Source: an uncultured Actinomycetes bacterium
Lineage (GTDB): Bacteria; Actinomycetota; Thermoleophilia; Gaiellales; JAICJC01
NCBI GenBank assembly: GCA_963796875.1
Contig: CAWCNL010000004.1
Span: 203,397-267,396 of the forward strand
Reading direction: 5' to 3'
DNA: 64,000 nucleotides
Shown here: positions 29,614 to 38,575 of the stretch, in pieces
How positions within the stretch are numbered: the first letter of the stretch is position 1
Layout: each line of letters starts with the position of its first letter
Notes under the pieces: model-generated
Databases searched by the model: none
What the model was told of the DNA's origin: nothing
What the model saw: the letters and a program-made list of their open reading frames with translations, nothing else
Made by a program: the position numbers and the translations under genes

Positions 29614-30243
29614 CTAGGAGTCGGCGGCGCTTCGTGCAAGGCGCGCAGTGATCGCCTTGCGCGCCCGGTTGATGGGCTGCACGGTGCCGTAGAGCAGGAA
29701 CGCCATGTTTGCCATCAAGAGGTGGCCGTTCAGCTCGAACACGAGTTGGTCGGGATCCTCGGCGATGAGCTGTCCGCTGTCCTGCGCTTCCCTGACCAGC
29801 TGCGTCAGGAGGTCTGTCCACCCGCGCTGGAACTCCGCGATCCGTTCTCGGACAGCGCCAGGATGCGTGTCGAATTCTGCGGCTGCCGAGGCGAAGAAGC
29901 AGCCGCCGGGGAACACACGTCGCTCGACGTGGGAGAGGAACTGCTCGCACAGCATCTTCAGCTTCTCAAGCGGGGTCTTCGCAGCGGCGGCGGGCGCGAT
30001 CACCTCGGCGTCGAAGATCGCGCTGGCGGTGTCGATCGCGGCCAACTGGAGTTCCTCTTTCGACCCGAAGTGGGCGTAGAGGCCGCTCTTGCTCATTCCG
30101 ATGTGGTCGGCAAGGCCAGCGATCGAGAGGCCCTCGAGACCCTCTACGGTGGCCAGTTTGGCCGCCGCGTCGAGGATCGTTTGCCGGCTTCGCTGACCGT
30201 CTGATCGAGGTTTCCGCTGTGGCTGCCGGGGTCTCGTCTGCAT
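29614..30243 (-). CDS. TetR/AcrR family transcriptional regulator
   Basis: SRQTILDAAAKLATVEGLEGLSIAGLADHIGMSKSGLYAHFGSKEELQ. Confidence 0.9.
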   Translation of the reverse strand: MQTRPRQPQRKPRSDGQRSRQTILDAAAKLATVEGLEGLSIAGLADHIGMSKSGLYAHFGSKEELQLAAIDTASAIFDAEVIAPAAAAKTPLEKLKMLCEQFLSHVERRVFPGGCFFASAAAEFDTHPGAVRERIAEFQRGWTDLLTQLVREAQDSGQLIAEDPDQLVFELNGHLLMANMAFLLYGTVQPINRARKAITARLARSAADS

Positions 30244-30260
30244 CTCATTTGCAAGTTAGC

Positions 30261-30301
30261 ACGATCGGTCGTATCATGCCAAATCGAAAACGACCGATCG
30301 T
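30261..30301. promoter_or_regulatory. Probable TetR operator: perfect 12-bp inverted repeat ACGATCGGTCGT-N17-ACGACCGATCGT
   Basis: Read directly in the 75-bp gap between TetR (minus) and the MFS pump (plus). GGAG RBS at 30310-30313. Confidence 0.65.
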
Positions 30302-30318
30302 ACTATTTAGGAGTCGAG

Positions 30319-31884
30319 ATGCGTACCACTGAAGAAGGTTCAACGACCCCCACGGCGCCGAGCGGGAGTACGGCCACGGGGCGCGGGAATTCGCTGCAGG
30401 AACGGCCGCTGCTTCGGACAGGACGCGGTGCGCTGACCCTGGCACTGCTCCTGCTGGTTCAGTTCCTGGATTTCCTCGATGTCTCCATCGTGAACGTGGC
30501 CCTGCCCTCGATCCGGCACGACCTCGGCTTCTCAGAGCAGAGCCTGCAGTGGGTCGTAAGCGGCTACGTGCTGACCTACGGAGGCCTGTTGCTGCTTGGT
30601 GGGCGTGCCGCTGATCTGGTTGGCCGGCGACGGATCCTTCTGATCGGACTGGCACTGTTCGCGCTCGCGTCGCTCGTCGGCGGCATTGCGCAGACCGAGC
30701 AGGTGCTCGTGGCCGCCAGGCTCGTGCAGGGGGCGGGCGCCGCGATGATGTCCCCGGCCGCTTTGTCGATATTGACAACGACCTTCACCGGCCGGCGCGA
30801 TCGCAACCTCGCCGTGGGCGCCTGGGCCGCCGTGCCGGGCCTGGCCGGCGCGGCGGGAGTCGTCCTGAGCGGCATCCTCACCCAGGGCCCCGGCTGGCGG
30901 TGGATCTTCTACCTCAACGTGCCGGTGGCGATGCTCGCGGCCATCGGAGCGCTGGTACTGCTCGATGGCGGAGCGCATCGGCACAAAGGACGCCGGTTCG
31001 ACGTTCCGGGGGCAGTGCTTGGCACGGCGGGCATGCTGCTGTTCATCTGCGGGGTCGTTCGCGCTCCAGACATCGGCTGGCGTGCCACCGAGACGATCGC
31101 CGCCCTCGTTCTTGCGGTGGCCCTGCTCGTCGCCTTCGTTGCCAACGAGAGTAAGGCACCGAACCCGCTCGTCCCATTTTCCCTCTTTCGCATCAAGGGA
31201 CTGGCGACCGCGAACGTGACCCAGCTGATCACGTTCAGCGGCGTCTACTCCATGTTCTTCTTCCTCAGCGTCTACATGCAGAACGTGCTCGGCTACTCGC
31301 CACGGGACACTGGCCTGGCCTACCTGCCACTCACCTTCGGCTTCATGGTGGCAGCGGGCATTGCGACTCCGCTCCTGCCGCGGATCGGCGCCATGCCGGT
31401 CATGGCCTCCGGAGCGATCATCGCTGCAGGCGGCCTCTACGTCCTCTCATGGGCGCCGGTGGACGGTGCATTCCTGGTCGATTTGCTTCCGGGGATCACA
31501 CTTGTCGCACTTGGTGCGGGTGCCGTCTTCACCGGCGCCACCGCCGCTGCCACCGAGGATGTCCCGCACGAGCATGCAGGTGTCGCTTCCGGGCTGCTGA
31601 ACGCCTCCATGCAGTTCGGCGGTGCTCTCGGGCTCGCCATCTTGTCTGCAGTGGCGACGAGTAGGACGAATGCCGAGCTGGAATCCGGTGCCAGCCTGCC
31701 CTTCGCCCTGACCGCCGGCTTCCAGCGCGCCTTCTTCATCGGCGCGCTCTTCCTGGTTGGCGCTGCCCTTATCGCCCTTCTCGCCGGCAACGCCCGCCGG
31801 GCCGCCACTGATCCGGCCCCCCGGCCGGGTCCATCGATGTCCCAGCGGGTGCCCGCGCCGATCGAACTGCCGGTCGACCGATGA
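30319..31884 (+). CDS. MFS transporter, DHA2 (EmrB/QacA, 14-TMS) drug:H+ antiporter type
   Basis: 521 aa. LDVSIVNVALPSI, GGRAADLVGRRR (motif A-like). Long enough for 14 TMS. Confidence 0.9.
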   Translation: MRTTEEGSTTPTAPSGSTATGRGNSLQERPLLRTGRGALTLALLLLVQFLDFLDVSIVNVALPSIRHDLGFSEQSLQWVVSGYVLTYGGLLLLGGRAADLVGRRRILLIGLALFALASLVGGIAQTEQVLVAARLVQGAGAAMMSPAALSILTTTFTGRRDRNLAVGAWAAVPGLAGAAGVVLSGILTQGPGWRWIFYLNVPVAMLAAIGALVLLDGGAHRHKGRRFDVPGAVLGTAGMLLFICGVVRAPDIGWRATETIAALVLAVALLVAFVANESKAPNPLVPFSLFRIKGLATANVTQLITFSGVYSMFFFLSVYMQNVLGYSPRDTGLAYLPLTFGFMVAAGIATPLLPRIGAMPVMASGAIIAAGGLYVLSWAPVDGAFLVDLLPGITLVALGAGAVFTGATAAATEDVPHEHAGVASGLLNASMQFGGALGLAILSAVATSRTNAELESGASLPFALTAGFQRAFFIGALFLVGAALIALLAGNARRAATDPAPRPGPSMSQRVPAPIELPVDR

Positions 31885-33062
31885 TCGCCAACCCAGGGAC
31901 TCGAAACTCGGGCTACGGAGCCGTCGCTGGCGTCCTTTTCGCCTGCTTATTCGCGGCGCAGGCAGCGGGGATCGCGCTGTCCCCGGTTCTCGCCCAGGTC
32001 GCACACGATGTGAACGTCTCCACCGCACTCGCCGGCCAACTCCGGACGGTTGCCGGACTCTCCGCCAGCCTGACTGCATTGGCGTTCGCTCGCTTCGGCG
32101 CGCCCCTGTCGCTCCGCGCCGCGTTGATCGCCGGGTCGCTCCTACTCGCTGCTGGTTCGCTGGCAAGCGCAGCCGCCCCGAACTTTGCGACGCTCGCAGC
32201 GGCACAAGTCCCGGTCGGGGCCGCAATCGCCACGCTCACAACCGGGGGCACCCTGGCAGCCGCCGAGTGGGTGTCCCCCGACCACCGTGGAACAACGCTG
32301 TCTTGGGCCCTGATCGGCCAGCCCGCAGCGTGGATTATCGGAATGCCACTATTCGGCGTCGTGGGAGAGCAAAGCTGGCGCTACACCTGGCTCGTCCTAC
32401 CCTTCGTGATGGCGCTCGTCGCCGGCGCGGCCGTCGCCGTACGGGGGACCCGCGCGACCGTCGCGCCACCCCCACCATCCATGCACGCGGCATTGGCGTC
32501 GCCTGGCATAGCCCGCTGGCTCCTCGCCGAACTGCTGGCGAACGCAGCCTGGGCCGGAACGCTCGTCTATTCCGGATCGCTCTTCGTCGAGTCCTACGGG
32601 ATCTCCAGCGCACTGACCGGGGCCCTACTCGCCGTCGGTGCCGCCGCCTACGTATCGGGCAATCTCACCTTCGCACGCATCTCGACCGGCGACCCGATGA
32701 ACCTGCTCGTCCGGCTGTCGGCCGCGCTCGCAGTTTCGACCATGCTCTTCGGCGCAGTTCGTCCCGTTCTGGCCACCAGTCTGGTGCTCTTCTCGATCGC
32801 CGCGTGGGTCTCGGGCGGCCGCACCCTGATCTCCAGCATGTTTGGGCTGAGCATGACTCCGGAAGTTCGGCAGGCCGCAATGGCGTTGCGGGCTGCGTCG
32901 ATGCAGTTCGGCTACTTCATCGGCACGTTCGCGGCCGGCGTCGCTCTGGGGGTGGGCGGCTACGCAGCGTTCGGAGCGACGATCGGCGCGCTCTTCCTGT
33001 CGTCTGCTCTCGTCCTGCGCTACTTCACTATCGACCACGGCGTTGCTGCGCCGCTCGCGTGA
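31881..33062 (+). CDS. MFS transporter (12-TMS type)
   Basis: 393 aa, hydrophobic throughout. ATGA overlap with the upstream MFS gene. Confidence 0.75.
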   Translation: MIANPGTRNSGYGAVAGVLFACLFAAQAAGIALSPVLAQVAHDVNVSTALAGQLRTVAGLSASLTALAFARFGAPLSLRAALIAGSLLLAAGSLASAAAPNFATLAAAQVPVGAAIATLTTGGTLAAAEWVSPDHRGTTLSWALIGQPAAWIIGMPLFGVVGEQSWRYTWLVLPFVMALVAGAAVAVRGTRATVAPPPPSMHAALASPGIARWLLAELLANAAWAGTLVYSGSLFVESYGISSALTGALLAVGAAAYVSGNLTFARISTGDPMNLLVRLSAALAVSTMLFGAVRPVLATSLVLFSIAAWVSGGRTLISSMFGLSMTPEVRQAAMALRAASMQFGYFIGTFAAGVALGVGGYAAFGATIGALFLSSALVLRYFTIDHGVAAPLA

Positions 33063-33159
33063 CGATTCCGGCTCGCGCTTGGCAAGGGGCACGCCTGATA
33101 TCAACGGCGGGGATGGGATTGCGCGCGACGCGATGGTGTGTTTCGAGGAAAGGACTGAA

Positions 33160-33666
33160 ATGTCGATTCATTCGCAGCTCAACTCAGCCGTCTTCATGCT
33201 TGACATGAAGTGCCGCATGCCAGCGACCGCCGCGGTGGCGTTTGAGGCGTTCACGGATCCAAACCGGGTCGCGGAGTGGTTCGGGCCGAAGGACTACACC
33301 GTCTCAAGCGTCGAGTTCACCCCACGCGTCGGAAGCCGGTACCGCATTGAGATGCAGCCGCCCAAAGGCAAGCATTTCTTCATCACCGGCGAGGTGCGTG
33401 AAGCGGACGCGCCGAATCATCTCGCGTTCACCTTCGTCTACGAGGAGCCCCACGCCGACGATGTCGCGAATCACGTGAGCCTGTCGTTCCTCGATCTTGG
33501 CGAAGCGACCGAAACCCACCTGACTCACGGCCCGTTCAGGACGCCTGGCCGCTGTGCACTCCACCGCGACGGGTGGAGCGACTCGTTCGACACACTTGAG
33601 TGCTTGCTCTCTCTCGCCTCGCCGCCACCGAAAACCCGCCCATTTCCGAGCAGGCGATCGACATGA
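33160..33666 (+). CDS. SRPBCC / AHSA1 (Aha1-like) domain protein
   Basis: RBS GAGGAAAGG before ATG 33160. AFEAFTDPNRVAEWFGPKDYTVSSVEFTPRVGSRYRIEMQPPKGKHFFITGEVRE. Confidence 0.7.
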   Translation: MSIHSQLNSAVFMLDMKCRMPATAAVAFEAFTDPNRVAEWFGPKDYTVSSVEFTPRVGSRYRIEMQPPKGKHFFITGEVREADAPNHLAFTFVYEEPHADDVANHVSLSFLDLGEATETHLTHGPFRTPGRCALHRDGWSDSFDTLECLLSLASPPPKTRPFPSRRST

Positions 33667-33957
33667 GTCTGGTGCATCTGGGCAGCCCATTGGTGAAGCC
33701 CGCGTGCCACACCAGATTCGGCGGGATCTGGAGCCTGCAAGAACCGCAAACTGTGGAGTGCCACTTGCGAATCGACGCCGGCTAATTAGCCGGGATCACC
33801 GATATTCCGATTCCAGCGCGTAAGCATTCGGCTTACATCCGAGTCGGTCCTGAGCTTCTTTCCGCTCAACCACGCCGTCCTCACGGGAGCCCAACGCCCC
33901 AACAGGGCCATCCCGATGCCGTTCTCGTGATGCTCCGGTGATGCACGACAAAGCTGC

Positions 33958-33991
33958 AGAAATAGGAAAGCCCTGTAAAACAGGGCTTTCC
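33958..33991 (-). terminator. Rho-independent terminator of rnpB (GGAAAGCCCUG-UUUUA-CAGGGCUUUCC then UAUUUCU)
   Basis: Perfect 11-bp stem at 33965-33991 read directly. A U-rich tail follows on the minus strand. Confidence 0.75.
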
Positions 33992-33992
33992 G

Positions 33993-34332
33993 TTAGCCGA
34001 TCTGTAAGCGGGATTCTGTCGTGGACAGCCATCCATCTGGGCCGGCCGTTGCCGTCCGGCTCTTGCCGCCTACCTGGAGCTCGGCGGGCCGCGTCATCGC
34101 TCCTGTTTGACGTTGCACCGGGTGGGGCTTGCCTAGCCATCCACATCTCTGCGGATGCTGGTGGGCTCTTACTCCACCGTTTCACCCTTACCGCTCGCTG
34201 ATGCGAGCGGCGGTTTGCTTTCTGTTGCGCTATCCATCGGGTTTCCCCGTCCGGGCGTTACCCGGCACCCTGCCCTTCGGTGTCCCGACTTTCCTCGACG
34301 GCCGAAGCCGCCGCGGCTGTCCGATCGGCGAT
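33993..34332 (-). ncRNA. rnpB: RNase P RNA, bacterial type A
   Basis: The minus strand reads GAGGAAAGUCGGGAC, GGGCAGGGUGCCGGGUAACGCCCGG, GCAACAGAAAGCAAACCGCC, GGUAAGGGUGAAACGGUGGAGUAAGAGCCCACC, CCACGACAGAAUCCCGCUUACAGAUCGGC. P1 pairs GCCGAUC/GAUCGGC and P2 pairs GGACAGCC/GGCUGUCC. Confidence 0.92.
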
Positions 34333-34345
34333 CGCGAAGTCTAAT

Positions 34346-34711
34346 TCACGATTTTGGCGCGGGGCGCACGTCGATGACGCCGACGGTCGTCGTGTAGGTG
34401 TGGCCGCGCAGATCAAACCGCACGCTGAGCGGCCAGGGGCCCGACGCGCCGGGGGCAGGCACGTTTCGCACGACGAATGCGCGGCGGCCCGCCGGCTTTG
34501 CCGGCCATGCCCCGTCTGCGGTGATCAGGTCGACGTCGGCGGCACCCTTCGGCATCGCGTAGAGATGCACGGTGACCGCCTGGTTGGCCTGCGGCTGGCC
34601 GGGGCTCGTGGCCACCACCGGCGCGGCGCCCGAGTACGCCTGCGACGGCTGCTGGCTGTGCAGAAACGCGATCAAGAGGATCGTGAAGAGCTTTGCGAGC
34701 GCAGCGATCAT
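34346..34711 (-). CDS. Possible separate secreted protein (121 aa, signal peptide, beta-rich FixH/YtkA-like) embedded in-frame at the 3' end of the SBP ORF
   Basis: Internal ATG 34711 preceded by GAGGTGAGG. MIAALAKLFTILLIAFLHSQQPSQAYSG... No stop separates it from the upstream SBP frame. Confidence 0.35.
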   Translation of the reverse strand: MIAALAKLFTILLIAFLHSQQPSQAYSGAAPVVATSPGQPQANQAVTVHLYAMPKGAADVDLITADGAWPAKPAGRRAFVVRNVPAPGASGPWPLSVRFDLRGHTYTTTVGVIDVRPAPKS

Positions 34712-35794
34712 CGCGGCCTCACCTCGCGCCACACAGACCGCCCGGGCATCGGCGTCGGCCTCGCTCACATTCGAGAGCTGAAGTTTGGAGATGACCTCGG
34801 CCGGCGGGTAGATGGCCGGGTTCACGAGCATCGGTGAGGGCACGACGTAGTTGGCCTCGCCGACGACCGATGCGCGCTGCGACGCCACGGTGTCGTGGGC
34901 GGCAACGGTCGGCAGCAGCGTGTCGTTCAACCACGCGTGGGCGGTGACCGGATCCGGCGCGAATGTCGCGATGCAGTAGCTGCGCATGTTTGCCACTGCT
35001 CCTTCTTTCGGCACAACGAAGCGTGTTCCTGACTCCGGAGATCGGAAGTCCATTGACGAACCGAGTGCGGCGAGCCGCCGGCCGATGCGGTTGGGGTGTC
35101 GCGCCGTCGACCGCAGCACCAGCGAATGGCGCAGCGGCCGCAGAAACCGCCGCACCTCGTTGAGGTTCGAGGCCGAGGCGCTGCTCCACGAGTGCCCCAG
35201 GGCAAGCATCGCCGCACCGATGACATTTTCGGCATCGTTGGGCACCGACACCTCGCGGGGGAATCGGCGGGCAAGGTCGAAGAACCCCACCCACGTATCG
35301 GCAGGGTCGATGACCGTCGTGTTGGTCGCGTAGCCGACCGTGGTGTAGTCCTTGCCGATCGAGTGGTTGCTCCCCGAGTCGTACGGCGGATCGCCAAACG
35401 GCGAAGTGATGAGGCGCGTGTTGGGCACGAGCGTGTGATCGACCGGCTCGAGCAAGTTTTGGGCCATCAGCGAGAGCATCCCGTAGCGGCCGAGCAGCAC
35501 CACGTCGTACTGGACGGACCTCGCCGCGACCTCGATCAACACCGCATCGACCGACGTCTGATGGTGAACGGTGACGTCAACCCCCCGCGCCTTGGCGAAG
35601 TCGGCGATCGTCGCGGGCGCGACCGCTCCGGGAGGGATCGAGAGGATCAGGTTCTTATCGAGCACCTGATCCTGGTCGGGCACCTGCTGGGCGGGAATGA
35701 TCTGCGACCCCGAGTTATTCCCAGGGCCGACCGAGCAGCCTGCCGTCAGGGCTGCTGCGCCCGCCACCAGGAGCTCGCGTCGGGAGATCTTCAT
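34346..35794 (-). CDS. Polyamine (PotD/PotF-like) ABC substrate-binding lipoprotein; ORF as assembled runs through into the next signal-peptide protein
   Basis: 482-aa ORF. Tat/lipobox-like N-terminus MKISRRELLVAGAAALTAGCS. The SBP body ends at about residue 360. Confidence 0.7.
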   Translation of the reverse strand: MKISRRELLVAGAAALTAGCSVGPGNNSGSQIIPAQQVPDQDQVLDKNLILSIPPGAVAPATIADFAKARGVDVTVHHQTSVDAVLIEVAARSVQYDVVLLGRYGMLSLMAQNLLEPVDHTLVPNTRLITSPFGDPPYDSGSNHSIGKDYTTVGYATNTTVIDPADTWVGFFDLARRFPREVSVPNDAENVIGAAMLALGHSWSSASASNLNEVRRFLRPLRHSLVLRSTARHPNRIGRRLAALGSSMDFRSPESGTRFVVPKEGAVANMRSYCIATFAPDPVTAHAWLNDTLLPTVAAHDTVASQRASVVGEANYVVPSPMLVNPAIYPPAEVISKLQLSNVSEADADARAVCVARGEAAMIAALAKLFTILLIAFLHSQQPSQAYSGAAPVVATSPGQPQANQAVTVHLYAMPKGAADVDLITADGAWPAKPAGRRAFVVRNVPAPGASGPWPLSVRFDLRGHTYTTTVGVIDVRPAPKS

Positions 35795-35853
35795 CGCGGC
35801 ATTCTCGCAGTCGCCGTAACGCCTACCGCGGTGCTACCTCACTGCGAACAGCT

Positions 35854-36090
35854 TCAGGATGCGAGCGACAACGCCACTGGCTCGTCGTGCGCCTCGGTGA
35901 GTACCGAACCGCACTCGGTACATGTGAGCTCGATGATCCCCCGCTCCACCTCGCACGCCTCCGCCTGAGCACCGCACACTGCACAGGCGGGGCCGTGCTC
36001 ACGAGACGCATCGCGGGCAGCCGCCAGTGCGCCGAGAATCACATCCTCGAGCCGCGGCTCAACGGGAAACAAGGGGACAAGCTGGCTCAC
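35854..36090 (-). CDS. Small zinc-ribbon protein (78 aa), translationally coupled to lexA
   Basis: CAVCG...14 aa...CTECG. Its GTG start overlaps the lexA TGA (ctGTGAgcc at 36087-36090). Confidence 0.55.
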   Translation of the reverse strand: MSQLVPLFPVEPRLEDVILGALAAARDASREHGPACAVCGAQAEACEVERGIIELTCTECGSVLTEAHDEPVALSLAS

Positions 36091-36716
36091 AGCCGCCTCA
36101 TGACCGCCTTGACCGAACCCAGGATCGACACCTGCTCCGGGTAGGTCGGCTCCATCGTGTCGTTCTCGGGCTGCAGCTTGACGCGGCCGCCCTCGCGGAA
36201 GAACCGCTTGACCGTCGCTCCCTCCTCGTCAACGAGCGCCACGACGATCTCACCGTTGCGCGCGTCCTGCTGCTTCTGCACGACCACCATGTCGCCCGGC
36301 AGGATGCCGGCGTTGATCATGCTCTCGCCGCGGACCGTGAGGATGAAATCTGCTGAGTCGGTGAGCTGATCGGGAATCGCGACATAGTCATCGATGCGAT
36401 CCTCGGCGATCACCGGAGAACCTGCGGCGACCTCGCCGACCAGCGGAAGCCGGGTCGTGCGGTTGTAGACTGGCGCGGCGGCCACCGCGGCCGAACGACT
36501 CCGTCCCCCTTCGATCACCTCGAGGGCGCGCGGCTTAGTGGGATCGCGCCGGATCAGACCCGCGCTCTCGAGCTTTGCGAGATGCGCGTGTACCGTCGAC
36601 GGGGACGTGAGCCCGACCGCCTGGCCAATCTCGCGCACCGTCGGTGGATAGCCATGCTTTTCCACATGGGCGTTTACGAACTCGATGATCTCGCGCTGTC
36701 GGTCGGTCAGATCCAC
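36087..36716 (-). CDS. lexA: LexA repressor
   Basis: LTDRQREIIEFVNAHVEKHGYPPTVREIGQAVGLTSPSTVHAHLAKLE (wHTH), VRGESMINAGI (Ser nucleophile), TVKRF (Lys). GTG start at 36716; the ORF track start at 36965 is too far upstream. Confidence 0.95.
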   Translation of the reverse strand: MDLTDRQREIIEFVNAHVEKHGYPPTVREIGQAVGLTSPSTVHAHLAKLESAGLIRRDPTKPRALEVIEGGRSRSAAVAAAPVYNRTTRLPLVGEVAAGSPVIAEDRIDDYVAIPDQLTDSADFILTVRGESMINAGILPGDMVVVQKQQDARNGEIVVALVDEEGATVKRFFREGGRVKLQPENDTMEPTYPEQVSILGSVKAVMRRL

Positions 36717-36732
36717 TTGCCCGGCTCCTTGG

Positions 36733-36748
36733 TCGAACGTGTGTTCGG
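36733..36748. promoter_or_regulatory. SOS box upstream of lexA (TCGAAC-GTGT-GTTCGG)
   Basis: 15/16 match to the actinobacterial/Gram-positive LexA box TCGAAC-N4-GTTCGA, 17 nt upstream of the lexA start. Confidence 0.75.
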
Positions 36749-36822
36749 AGTGAAGGATGCCACGGGCGTCGGACGGACGCAAACTCGGCGGGAAAGGAGG
36801 TAGATGGAAAGGAGAAAGGGGG

Positions 36823-37078
36823 CTACAAGGGTAGTAACGTCTGGCGCAGGGCCTGGAAAACTGCGGGTTTGGGGGTAGCAGGTGTCGGGCGGTGGTTCCG
36901 GGCGGTGGCAGGTCGAAGCCGGGCGACTGCTTGGGACGTGATGAGTGCGCCGGGGCGTATGTCAACCGGCGCGAAGTCGAACACGCCCCCAGGGTCGGGC
37001 GATCCGGTGTGCTCCCCTCCCGAGCAGCCTACTACCGCGATGGAAGCCAACAAAACCGCCGATACCCAAATCCTCGGC
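36823..37078 (-). CDS. Short lipoprotein-like ORF or fragment (85 aa)
   Basis: MPRIWVSAVLLASIAVVGCSGG lipobox. The C-terminal third is encoded by degenerate R49 repeat sequence, so it may be a remnant. Confidence 0.3.
36861..36930 (+). repeat. R49 interspersed repeat, two degenerate or truncated copies
   Basis: ctgcgggtttgggggtagcagg and tgtcgggcggtggttccgggcggtggcaggtcgaagccgggcgactgc. Confidence 0.6.
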
Positions 37079-37148
37079 ATACCCCAGGGTACGTTCCTTA
37101 GCGGTCTCCCCGTCCCCAGGCACCGCACATTGCTGCACTCTGCCCGAA

Positions 37149-37248
37149 GTCGCTACTGGTTCGCGGCCGGTGGCAGGCCGTGGCTGAAGCTTGACCACCT
37201 GGTGCTGCGGCTGGTTCGGGGGCGGTGACGGGCGATGGCTCGACCGTG
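37149..37248 (+). repeat. R49 repeat, two tandem copies
   Basis: gtcgctactggttcgcggccggtggcaggccgtggctgaagcttgacc followed by gctgcggctggttcgggggcggtgacgggcgatggctcgaccgtg. Confidence 0.85.
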
Positions 37249-37502
37249 CTCAAGCGCGAGCTGGTTGATCCCGATCAGGTTTCGCGTGGCTGCCTCGATA
37301 GCGCAGCCGTAGCTTGCCCTTGACCGACATATCAAACTTGCTATAAATAGCATATGAGCTATATCTCATCCCGGTCGCAAGTTCGGATAACGCGATGACC
37401 GCCATCACCTATCTGGAGCTCGCCGGGTCGGCCATTGCGATCGGCTGGCTCGCGTGGCGGGCTCGAATCAACTCCGCCAAGTTGCCTGCCGATACGGTCG
37501 TG

Positions 37503-38471
37503 ATGAGGCCGCTGCGATGTCTGGTGGTTGGGATACTGGTCGTGGCTGCGGCTGGTTGTGGAAACACGCCGAGCAGTCCGTCCGCTGCGCAGTGCATGCA
37601 GGCATGGAACAAGGGGAACAGTTCGACCAATGGGCTGGTCGGCCGAGACGTCTGGGCTGTCGGGTATTCGAACACCAACGGCGCTGATGAGCCCAGCACG
37701 GTTGGCTGCTTCATGACGTTCGCTCTCGGGGGCGGACGGTACGTGATGTTCGAGCCCGACAGAGACGAAAGCTACGACGAGAAGTCTTCAGCAAAGCAGA
37801 TCGCCGCGACCGGGCTCGACTTTCAACCCGACACCACCGTCAGCCCGGTCATCGTGCTGACCACTGCCCAACTCGCGGCAGTGAATCAGGGCGCGGCCCC
37901 CATCCAGCCCTACCCTGGCGGTACCCCCACCGGATGTCAGGACGACGACGGGACGGTGCACCCGAGCGGCGGTTGCTCACCGCATGACCCGAGCGTTACT
38001 TCCGACGGGATCCAGACACAAATCGCGGACACTTCCAGGGACACGATGATCGCCACGATCCACTGGGGGCCGATCTGGTGGCTAGGCCCCACCCTCGAGG
38101 GAGCGCCGGTCGTGGGCGGGGGTGGAGGGAAACTGGTGCAGGGAGACAACGGGCGACGGGTCTGGTACCAAGTTCAATCCGGTGGGCACTCATGGCAGAT
38201 CGGCGTAATCACGCTCGATCGCGCCCACCCGACAATCCCAAAGTGCCCATTCTGGAACCCCATCTACTACGCACCAATCTGCCAGGGCACAACCCAGCTC
38301 GGCCAACTGATCACCACCGCCAATCCAGCCGGACGGCTGATCGCCGTCTTCGCCACCCCCGCAAACCCAGACGACAGCACACGCCTTCCACCCACACTCG
38401 TCGCTCAAATCCGCACATCCCTGACCCAGGCCACACCAACCGCCGTGATCGATATCGGACACGCCGACTGA
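37503..38471 (+). CDS. Lipoprotein, hypothetical (322 aa)
   Basis: Internal ATG of ORF 37395..38471: MRPLRCLVVGILVVAAAGCGNT lipobox. Preceded by an AT-rich region with small palindromes (TGCTAT-AA-ATAGCA; ATGAG-N6-CTCAT). Confidence 0.65.
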   Translation: MRPLRCLVVGILVVAAAGCGNTPSSPSAAQCMQAWNKGNSSTNGLVGRDVWAVGYSNTNGADEPSTVGCFMTFALGGGRYVMFEPDRDESYDEKSSAKQIAATGLDFQPDTTVSPVIVLTTAQLAAVNQGAAPIQPYPGGTPTGCQDDDGTVHPSGGCSPHDPSVTSDGIQTQIADTSRDTMIATIHWGPIWWLGPTLEGAPVVGGGGGKLVQGDNGRRVWYQVQSGGHSWQIGVITLDRAHPTIPKCPFWNPIYYAPICQGTTQLGQLITTANPAGRLIAVFATPANPDDSTRLPPTLVAQIRTSLTQATPTAVIDIGHAD

Positions 38472-38508
38472 GTCCAAGCACCCAGAGGTCGTAACGGAGC
38501 ATTACCCC

Positions 38509-38575
38509 GGCGTTGCGACTGGTTCGGGGGCGGTGGCCGACAGAAGCCGAGCGTGGCCGTGGCGTTGCGGGCGTG
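38509..38575 (+). repeat. R49 repeat, one copy plus the start of a second
   Basis: ggcgttgcgactggttcgggggcggtggccgacagaagccgagcgtggcc then gtggcgttgcgggcgtg. Confidence 0.85.

Noticed and set aside
33667-33957. About 290 bp of lower-GC sequence between the SRPBCC gene and the rnpB terminator. It includes a 16-bp perfect palindrome CCGGCTAATTAGCCGG (33777-33792) and a possible 41-aa minus-strand ORF (MALLGRWAPVRTAWLSGKKL...).
   Set aside because: The ORF has poor codon bias and no RBS. The palindrome may simply be a terminator for the plus-strand gene. There is not enough to call a gene or an ncRNA.
36804-36878. Tiny ORFs opened by the SD-ATG inside the terminal inverted repeats. The plus-strand one is MERRKGATRVVTSGAGPGKLRVWG (24 aa); the other is a 7-aa minus-strand MERRAAG at 38603.
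   Set aside because: They are too short and not conserved between the two ends beyond the repeat itself. They are most likely incidental to the TIR sequence.
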